Shown here: piece by piece, positions 1 through 9,271 of the stretch
Layout of the letters: every line of letters starts with the position of its first letter
How positions within the stretch are numbered: the first letter of the stretch is position 1
Source of the DNA: Eledone cirrhosa
Taxonomy: Eukaryota
DNA length: 17,037 bases
Assembly: GCA_964016885.1 (NCBI GenBank)
Contig: CAXHJY010001269.1
Location: 1 to 17,037, forward strand
Reading direction: 5' to 3'
The notes under the pieces: generated by a model
Database searches by the model: none
Told to the model about the DNA's origin: nothing
What the model saw: only the letters and a program-made list of their open reading frames with translations
Translations under genes and position numbers: made by a program

Positions 1-1188
<1,188 letters not shown>

Positions 1189-1192
<4 letters not shown>

Positions 1193-2555
1193 CGAAAGCA
1201 TGAACATACATCATTAAAATATTAGAGAGTCCTATACGAATGCAAGAACGTACATCATTAAAATATTAGAGAGTCCTATACGAATGCAAGAACGTACATC
1301 ATTAAAATATTAGAGAGTCCTATACGAATGCAAGAACGTACATCATTAAAATATTAGAGAGTCCTATACGAATGCATGAACGTACATCATTTAAATATTA
1401 GAGAGTCCTATACGAATGCATGAACGTACATCATTTAAATATTAGAGAGTCCTAGACGGCAGCATGAAGGTACATCATTAAAATATTAGAGAGTCCTAGA
1501 CGGCAGCATGAAGGTACATCATTAAAATATTAGAGAGTCCTAGACGAAAGCATGAACGTACATCATTAAAATATTAGAGAGTCCTAGACGAAAGCATGAA
1601 GGTACATCATTAAAATATTAGAGAGTCCTAGACGAAAGCATGAACGTACATCATTTAAATATTAGAGAGTCCTATACGACAACATGAACGTACATCATTT
1701 AAATATTAGAGAGTCCTATACGACAACATGAACGTACATCATTTAAATATTAGAGAGTCCTAGACGAAAGCATGAACGTACATCATTTAAATATTAGAGA
1801 GTCCTAGACGAAAGCATGAACGTACATCATTTAAATATTAGAGAGTCCTAGACGAAAGCATGAACGTACATCATTTAAATATTAGAGAGTCCTATACGAC
1901 AACATGAACGTACATCATTTAAATATTAGAGAGTCCTAGACGAAAGCATGAACGTACACCATTCAGATATTAGAGAGTCCTATACGAATGCAAGAACATA
2001 CATCATTAAAATATTAGAGAGTCCTATACGAATGCAAGAACATACATCATTAAAATATTAGAGAGTCCTATACGAATGCAAGAACATACATCATTAAAAT
2101 ATTAGAGAGTCCTATACGAATGCAAGAACATACACCATTAAAATCTTAGAGAGTCCTATACGGCAGCATGAACGTACATCATTAAAATCTTAGAGAGTCC
2201 TATACGAATGCAAGAACATACACCATTCAGATATTAGAGAGTCCTATACGAATGCAAGAACATACACCATTAAAATATTAGAGAGTCCTAGACGACAGCA
2301 GGAACGTACATCATTAAAATATTAGAGAGTCCTATACGAATGCAAGAACGTACATCATTAAAATATTAGAGAGTCCTAGACGAAAGCATGAACGTACATC
2401 ATTAAAATCTTAGAGAGTCCTAGACGAAAGCATGAACGTACATCATTAAAATATTAGAGAGTCCTAGACGAAAGCATGAACGTGCATCATTAAAATCTTA
2501 GAGAGTCCTAGACGAAAGCATGAACGTATATCTTCTAAATCTCTAAGAGTCATAC
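1189..2555. repeat. 44-bp minisatellite, 30 full copies plus 1 degenerate copy
   Basis: GAGAGTCC ends at 1232, 1276, 1320 and so on (period 44). Consensus is about TA[G/T]ACGAA[A/T]GCA[T/A]GAACGTACATCATTAAAATATTAGAGAGTCC. Confidence 0.97.
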
Positions 2556-2834
2556 GGTAAGCTTTAGGTCATATCGACACCCAACAAAAGTTGCATTTAA
2601 TCTACTAATAATTGCAACTCTCATTCAGGAGATATTTTTCACAGGTCATGCTTAAAATAGTCTCGTAAACATAATGATGTAGAAACTCGTTTGAAATTGG
2701 TTGAAATGATTGCAAATGGCGCAGCACTGATACTTTCTTGGAGATGTTTTATGTTGATTACCTTCAGTCTTATATGTACCATTACTTTGTCTTATTTTAT
2801 TTTTATTTTATTTTCGTTTTCTGCTTTAAATAAA

Positions 2835-3093
2835 TACACACACACACACATTGTCCACACACACACACATTGTCCACATTCACACACGTACGTGCGTACG
2901 TACGTAACACTCATATGCACATACACACACACTCTCTCTCTAGTAGTAGTAGTAGTAGCAAGTAGCAGTAGTAGTAGCAGTAGCAGCAGCAGCAGTAGCA
3001 ACAGCAGCAGTAGTAGTAGCAACAGCAGCAGTCGTAGTAGCAGCAGTAGCAGTAGTAGCAGAGCAGCAGCAGTAGTAGCAGAGCAGCAGTAGT

Positions 3094-3125
<32 letters not shown>

Positions 3126-3200
3126 CAGCAGCAGTAGTAGCAGCAGCAGTAGCAGCAGCAGCAATAGCAACAACAACAACAGTTGTAATGTTAGTAGCAG
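2835..3200. repeat. Compound microsatellite: (CA)n/(CT)n then (TAG/CAG/CAA)n
   Basis: Directly visible; the trinucleotide tract runs 2941-3200. Confidence 0.95.
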
Positions 3201-3204
3201 TAAA

Positions 3205-3380
3205 TAATTGTTTCTACTTTTGGCACAAGGCCAGCAATTACCCAGTACATTACTGGTACTTTATTTTATTGACCCCGTAAGGATGAAAGGCAAAGTTAAC
3301 CTCGGCGGGATTTGAACTCAGATCGTAAAGGGACGTAACTATGCTGGAAAGCATGGCGTCCGACCCTCAGACCAGTTACC
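3205..3380 (-). mobile_element. tRNA-derived SINE, family A
   Basis: Minus strand has B-box GAGTTCAAATCC, then GCCGAGGTTAACTTTGCCTTTCATCCTTACGGGGTC...AAGTACCAGT. Homologous copies lie at 11893-12060, 12470-12617, 13603-13661 and 11443-11555. Confidence 0.85.
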
Positions 3381-3478
3381 GTTGTAATGTCTGACACTAG
3401 AAGCTACTTTATTACAGTTGTTTCACACACAACATCCGGTACCCCCGGCGGTGCGATATCTATTTGATATTTCACTCA

Positions 3479-4052
3479 AACCACCCCTAATACACCCCCA
3501 TTACACTCCCAAGCCACCCCTAATATACTCCCAATCCACCCCTAATCCGCACCATACACTCCCAATCCACCCCTAATCCGCACCTAATACACTCCTAATC
3601 CACCACCAATACACTCCTAATCCACCCCATTACACTCCTAATTCACCCCCATTACACTCCCAATCCACCCCTAATACACCCCTATTACACTCCTTATCCA
3701 CCTCCATTACACTCCCGATCCACCCCTAATCCACCCCCATTACACTCCCAATCCACCCCCATTACACTCACAATCCACCCCTAATCCACCCCATTACACT
3801 CCCAATCCACCCCCATTACACTCACAATCCACCCCTAATCCACCCCATTACACTCCCAATCCACCCCCATTACACTCCCGATCCACCCCTAATCCACCCC
3901 ATTACACACCCAATCCACCCCCATTACACTCCCAATCCACCCCATTACACTCCCAATCCACCCCAATCCACCCCCATTGCACTCCCAATCCACCCCTAAT
4001 CCACCCCATTACACCCCTAATCCACCCCATTACACCCCCAATCCACTCCCAC
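3479..4052. repeat. C-rich minisatellite of 22-bp (AATCCACCCCCATTACACTCCC) and 11-bp (AATCCACCCCT) units
   Basis: Directly visible mosaic of the two units, with extreme C/G strand skew. Confidence 0.93.
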
Positions 4053-4261
4053 TCATGTTGAACTCGACTTTTGCGCCTCTTTAATTACTTAACTCGTTTT
4101 GTAGGTTTTTTTTCCAATGGTTGTTTTGTAGCTAGATTTATATCACGGCTGTAATTACTTACAATGTTATTTGCTTGTTGCAGATATCATCTGTGTAAGT
4201 TTGCTATTAAGTCGCTCACATAGTCCTCCTTCCTCGTGTATATATGTATGTGTGAGGGTGT

Positions 4262-4262
4262 G

Positions 4263-4344
<82 letters not shown>

Positions 4345-4486
4345 GATACACAAACCCACAGGCTAGCAAATATATACACATACCTACACACACACATACT
4401 CAGACACACATATAAACATAAACACACACACACATATAAACATAAACACACACACACACACACAAACATAAACACACACACACACA

Positions 4487-4539
<53 letters not shown>

Positions 4540-4565
4540 ATAAACGCGCACACACATAAACATAA

Positions 4566-4600
<35 letters not shown>

Positions 4601-4612
4601 ATATAAACATAA

Positions 4613-4643
<31 letters not shown>

Positions 4644-4653
4644 ATATAAACAT

Positions 4654-4710
<57 letters not shown>

Positions 4711-4738
4711 ACATAAACACACACACATGTATATATAT
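4262..4738. repeat. Compound (TA)n/(CA)n microsatellite with TAAACA motifs
   Basis: Directly visible. Confidence 0.95.
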
Positions 4739-4747
4739 TATATAAAT

Positions 4748-4811
4748 ATATTTATTAAAATAACAGATTAAAGTTTAAGCAAAAACTTTAATCTGTTATT
4801 TTAATAAATAT
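4748..4811. repeat. Perfect 29-bp inverted repeat with 6-nt loop
   Basis: ATATTTATTAAAATAACAGATTAAAGTTT (4748-4776) is the exact reverse complement of 4783-4811; loop AAGCAA. Confidence 0.93.
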
Positions 4812-4910
4812 TTGCTCTACGGTTCTTATATATTTGATATATATTTATCCTTATCGAGCCCTCTTTGGATTTTAGTCTTCAAATTTATTATTATTACTAT
4901 ATATATATAT

Positions 4911-5327
4911 GGCGGCTGCCACCTCGTTTTCGAGTACGGCCACTACTTTTTATCCATGTAGGAGAACCCCTACCGATGCGTTGAACAAGTGTGACTTTTT
5001 AGTCCAGCCAGCGACTTGAAAACTCTGGTACAAACACTACACTTGTGACAATTATTGACACATAGTGCTGGGCCCATGGCACCATGTGACGACAAGTGCA
5101 GAGAGATCTCCAGATATAAAGCAATGCCTGTGCCGTGAAGCTTTTATAGTGAGCAAAGGCACTGCACAAAGCCAGTCCCACTCTCTTAACCAAGATGATA
5201 TTTACCAAAAAGAACATGTCAATATCATTGGATACCATCAGAGTAGCTCTTAAATCCAAAATCACCGGGAGAGATGACCCCTTAGCCTTTGTCAAGGCAG
5301 AATTCTAGGAGAAGGAAAACTCTGATA
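4911..5327. other. Unclassified higher-GC segment, probably an interspersed repeat fragment
   Basis: Complex sequence bounded by (TA)n on both sides with no credible ORF. It ends in TCTAGGAGAAGGAAAACTCTGA, which I recall from non-LTR-associated repeats (unverified). Confidence 0.3.
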
Positions 5328-5463
5328 TTATATATATATATATATACACACATATTATATATATATATCGTTAAGACCCTCTTCCTGCTATATTAAGTGT
5401 TAACCTAATATATACCTTCCACATACTGTACCGATTGTATTGTTATTTCTGTTTACCTTTTAC

Positions 5464-5517
<54 letters not shown>

Positions 5518-5575
5518 TATAGTACATGAGGTTTCTGTATTGGGTGACGGTCTCTTGGGAATCTTTCATATATAT

Positions 5576-5897
5576 GTCTTAGTCTTAGATTCTTCCGCGC
5601 CGTTTGGCGCATCGAGCAGTAGGTACTCACCAACGGTCACAATCAGCGGCAACTTTTTCGAGACCGTGCCAGGTGATGTTGATTGCCATCAGGTCCTTCC
5701 GGAACGTTCGTCGCCAGGTGATCCTTGGGCAACCCCGCCTCCGTTTACCGCCAGGCGGAGTCCAGTTCATCGCTGTTTTCGAATGCCGTTCATTTGGCAA
5801 ACGCAGAATATGGCGGCCAGCCAGACGGCACCGACGCTCCGTGACCTCTCTCTGTAGCGTCCACGACTCGGCCCTCCGCAGGATCTCCTCGTTTCGT
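5576..5897 (-). mobile_element. 5'-truncated RTE-clade LINE, 3' end (degenerate)
   Basis: Manual minus-strand translation: RNEEILRRAESWTLQREVTERRCRLAGRHILRLPNERHSKTAMNWTPPGGKRRRGCPRITWRRTFRKDLMAINITWHGLEKVAADCDRW*VPTARCAKRRGRI*, followed by a short CTAAGACTAAGAC tail. NEEILRR, GHILR-like, GKRxRGxPxxTW and A-DRW motifs are typical of the RTE ORF C-terminus. Confidence 0.9.
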
Positions 5898-5898
5898 T

Positions 5899-5900
<2 letters not shown>

Positions 5901-5951
<51 letters not shown>

Positions 5952-6005
5952 TTATATATACATATAAAGGTTTACATATATATATATATATACATATATA
6001 CATAT
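5901..6005. repeat. (CA)n/(TA)n microsatellite
   Basis: Directly visible. Confidence 0.95.
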
Positions 6006-6106
6006 ACGTGTCGATCGACTTTCGTCAAATCGCACCGAGGAAACAATGTTTCCGTTAGTCTTTCCAATTGCTAATACTATCTATTGGTCGCAACTCCAGG
6101 TAGAAT

Positions 6107-6226
6107 GGGCAACGTGAAATAAAGTGTCTTGCTCAAGGACATAACGCATCGCCCGGTCCAGGAATTGAACTCACAACCTCAAGATTGTGAATCCAATTCT
6201 CTAACCACTCAGCCACACGCCTTCAC
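6107..6226 (-). mobile_element. tRNA-derived SINE, family B (CORE-like body)
   Basis: Minus strand has A-box TGGCTGAGTGG, B-box GAGTTCAATTCC, then GTCCTTGAGCAAGACACTTTA, which resembles the CORE-type SINE central motif. Confidence 0.8.
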
Positions 6227-6277
6227 CTGGGTTACTTTGTGGCTCAATGAAAAGTTAATAAATTAAATAATCAGAGC

Positions 6278-6674
6278 TATATATCATAAAACATGTCTAT
6301 GGAATCACCAGATAAAATATATACCATTTCCTCTCCCAATTAGCATAATTAACCATATAAAAAATCGAATAGACCAGGCTATAAGAATAAGGCTTCTGGT
6401 CGAGGTAAATAAATGTATTCTCTTTTCTCCTAGTTTATTTTACACCTAATTCTGTTTAATTGACTGTATCTGAGCGATTACGCTGTCGAAATATTCGATA
6501 AATGTTCCGTCGCAGTCGGCGCGAAGGGCTGGTTTCGGTTATCTGTTGGAAATTTCTTGATAGAAGCCTTATTCTTATAGCCTGGTCTATTCGATTTTTT
6601 ATATGGTTAATTATGCTAATTGGGAGAGGAAATGGTATATATTTTATCTGGTGATTCTATAGACATGTTTTATG

Positions 6675-6681
<7 letters not shown>
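6278..6681. repeat. Long inverted repeat: 120-bp arms (6278-6397 and 6562-6681), 164-bp spacer; possible foldback/MITE
   Basis: Arms are reverse complements with one mismatch seen; both outer ends lie in TATATA. Confidence 0.92.
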
Positions 6682-6720
<39 letters not shown>

Positions 6721-6722
<2 letters not shown>

Positions 6723-7175
6723 GAAAAGAGTCAGGACCCCGACGGCTGAGCTCCGGCCGTATACCTATATATACCGTCACCCAATACAGAAACCTCATAC
6801 ATCAAGGATTAAGCTGACTTCAAACACTAGAGCTCTCTCACTGCTGTTTACTTCAGCCTACAGGAAGATAAGCTCATTCAGTCGGCGAACATTCACCACC
6901 ATCGCCCACGTTTCAACGAATTTATTAGAAGATAGCATATCCCTCTCCACCATCACCATTCTATCCATGAAGAAGTTGAACAAATCGATGTGAGTTGGGT
7001 GGAAAGGGATAATGTTTCTCCTCAGTCTTTTCAAATCACCAAACAACCTCTAACAGACATAGAAAAACCTGCTTACCCTTCCCAGCCAAAGAAAGGTAAC
7101 TGGTCGATCTTCACAATAAACTCAGTCGATATCCGGGTCCATCCTAAACGTAACGACAGCTACTTGACATATAAG
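6721..7175 (-). mobile_element. Degenerate LINE 3' fragment, probably L1/Tx1 clade (ORF2 C-terminus plus 3' UTR)
   Basis: Frameshifted minus-strand translation: YVK*LSLRLGWTRISTEFIVKIDQLPFFGWEG*AGF / FLCLLEVVW / RLRRN...DLFNFFMDRMVMVERDMLSSNKFVETWAMVVNV. This resembles Tx1-type C-termini (W-x-x-R, F-x-x-x-W) by recall only. Confidence 0.55.
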
Positions 7176-7350
7176 TTTGATGTACAAATACCTATAGGCT
7201 GCTTTCGTTGCGTTAATAATAATGGCCAACCCTTCTACTATTCCTTGCAGTACGAATTCCTCTTCCAACATAAAGAGATAAGAAAACAAATAACTATTAT
7301 TCATCTTTATCGTGGTGGGTGGAATATATATATATATACATATATATACA

Positions 7351-7514
7351 GGAATTGAACTACCAAGACCGTAGAGGTATGTCATATATCAATTCATGTA
7401 TTTTATCTGACGACGACGTACTGAAAAAACAACACAGTACATTCGAAATATATATAACAAAACATATATTTTGATTATGTGAATGTCTTCATTTGTTAAT
7501 ATTTTGAATAATAT
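7351..7514 (+). mobile_element. Direct repeat copy 1, Penelope pLTR-like or retrozyme-like unit
   Basis: Closely similar to 7717-7880 (GGAATTGAAC...TTTTGAATAAT) and contains a hammerhead motif. Confidence 0.7.
7396..7465 (+). ncRNA. Minimal type I hammerhead ribozyme motif, copy 1 (probably impaired)
   Basis: CTGACGA at 7407-7413; stem II GTACTG/CAGTAC; GAAA at 7445-7448; palindromic ATATATAT then A7456; stem I ATG(TA)TTTTAT/ACAAAACAT. The stem II closing pair is C-C. Confidence 0.6.
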
Positions 7515-7566
7515 ATATATAACCAAAGATTAATATGGTTCATTGATTACTCAATGAATATAGTTT

Positions 7567-7693
7567 TACAATAGATTAAAAGCACTCTACAATACCTCCA
7601 CAATAGATTAAAAGCACTCTACAGGGCCACTACAATAGATTAAAAGCACTCTACAGTGCCACTACAATAGATTAAAAGCACTCTACAGTGCCA
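7567..7693. repeat. 32-bp tandem repeat, about 4 copies
   Basis: CAATAGATTAAAAGCACTCTACA starts at 7569, 7601, 7633 and 7665. Confidence 0.95.
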
Positions 7694-7716
7694 GTACTTC
7701 TCTGACTGCCAAGACT

Positions 7717-7873
7717 GGAATTGAACCATCAAGACAGTTGAGGTATGTCATACATCAATTCATGTATTTTATCTGATGAGGACGTACTGAAAAAAACAAC
7801 ACAGTACTTTCGAAATATATATAATAAAGCATATATTTTGATTATGTGCCTATCTTCATTTGTTAATATTTTG

Positions 7874-7880
<7 letters not shown>
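7717..7880 (+). mobile_element. Direct repeat copy 2, Penelope pLTR-like or retrozyme-like unit
   Basis: Homolog of 7351-7514 at an offset of 366 bp. Confidence 0.7.
7762..7832 (+). ncRNA. Minimal type I hammerhead ribozyme motif, copy 2
   Basis: CTGATGA at 7773-7779; stem II GGACGTACTG/CAGTACTTTC (9 of 10 pairs, G-C closing); GAAA at 7812-7815; palindromic stem III ATATATAT; predicted cleavage after A7823; stem I ATG(TA)TTTTAT/ATAAAGCAT. Confidence 0.72.
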
Positions 7881-7915
<35 letters not shown>

Positions 7916-7947
7916 TCTCCTTCCTTTACCTTTTCTACGGAAATACT

Positions 7948-8034
<87 letters not shown>

Positions 8035-8130
8035 AATTAATATAAATTATATGATAAACACTAATACAATACCTCTTTCTTTGAGCTATTTAATTGTAAA
8101 AGACTGTTTGAGTTTATATCTCTATATATA

Positions 8131-8178
<48 letters not shown>
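7879..8178. repeat. Cluster of (TA)n and (CA)n microsatellites
   Basis: Directly visible tracts separated by short AT-rich sequence. Confidence 0.9.
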
Positions 8179-8180
<2 letters not shown>

Positions 8181-8432
8181 CAAAACCCCAAATATAAGTA
8201 CACAAACGTACCAGTGTGTAAGGTATGCTACAGGATATAGGCAAGCAGTTTGCTAAAACTAAATGGTTAAAAAAAAAACACCTACTTTACAATACATTAC
8301 ATTACTTTCATTGAATTTACTTTAGAATCAAAGCAGCTGATAGAATCATGTCTCCTAACCTAAATATATTGCCGTGGCACTCCGAAACCTATTTACATTG
8401 ATTGGCCTTTGATTCACTTGACAAATAAGGTT

Positions 8433-8604
8433 TGTATGCATGTATCTGTGTGTGTGTATGCATGTATGTATGTGTGTATGGGCATATGTATGCATGTGTG
8501 TATGTATATGCGTATCTATATATGCATGTATGCATGCATATATAATATATAAACAACTTGAATATTTCTACAAGTACATTGTGCCTGTTGAGGTATTCAT
8601 CCAC

Positions 8605-8666
<62 letters not shown>

Positions 8667-8985
8667 CTATGTATATATATATTTCTTACGTTACCCAACA
8701 CACCCTTACCATATATCTATATATGTGCGTACGTGTTTACATGCACAGATACATATAAACATACACATTATATATATATATATATATATATATAGGGCTT
8801 CCTGATTATTTCTCCCGAATGAAACAGTTCTAATACTGTAGAAGCCATTTCTATATTAAATATTTATACTCTGCTATGTATTGAGTACCTTACTTACTGT
8901 GGTTACCCCCGATTTAACCCGGGATAAACATATATATATATAACACCACCACCACCACCACCACCAGCACCACCACACACACCGT
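8433..8985. repeat. Degenerate (TG/TA)n, (TA)n and (CCA)n tracts
   Basis: Directly visible low-complexity cluster. Confidence 0.8.
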
Positions 8986-9271
8986 GGTTATTGTTGAGTA
9001 ATTCAAAGTATATGAGATGTATTGTCGTGACGTCTGAATCTAGTTAATCTTAGATAACTATTAAAGAATAGGAAAGGGAATTCAGAACCTTCACAGGGAA
9101 CAGTTCAAACGATTGTTTTCAAATCCATATCAATAGAAAATAGCTAGGAACATTAGTAAATTAGATGTGTATAAATGTAGTGTAAATGCGAAAACAATGT
9201 GCAAACATATGTGACTTAACTGCAATACATTTATTACCAACAATATATAGAAATTTCCTAGATTCGTTGAT

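Noticed and set aside
1189-2555. CRISPR array (constant plus variable alternation)
   Set aside because: The variable parts are point variants of one sequence and recur, rather than being unique spacers; no cas genes; eukaryotic context.
2691-4728. Poly-S/L and YI/CV/HT-rich ORFs
   Set aside because: Translations of di- and trinucleotide microsatellites.
5435-6074. Plus-strand ORFs of 140 and 156 aa
   Set aside because: Antisense shadows of the minus-strand RTE fragment plus microsatellite.
6107-6226. tRNA gene
   Set aside because: A and B boxes are present, but I found no convincing cloverleaf and it continues into a SINE body.
6466-6500. Hammerhead-like CTGAGCGA...GAAA in the foldback spacer
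   Set aside because: The core has an extra base and there is no credible stem II or stem I.
8326-8429. Possible exon with TTTAG acceptor and AAG|GTTTGT donor
   Set aside because: Stops in all three plus-strand frames; no recognisable peptide.
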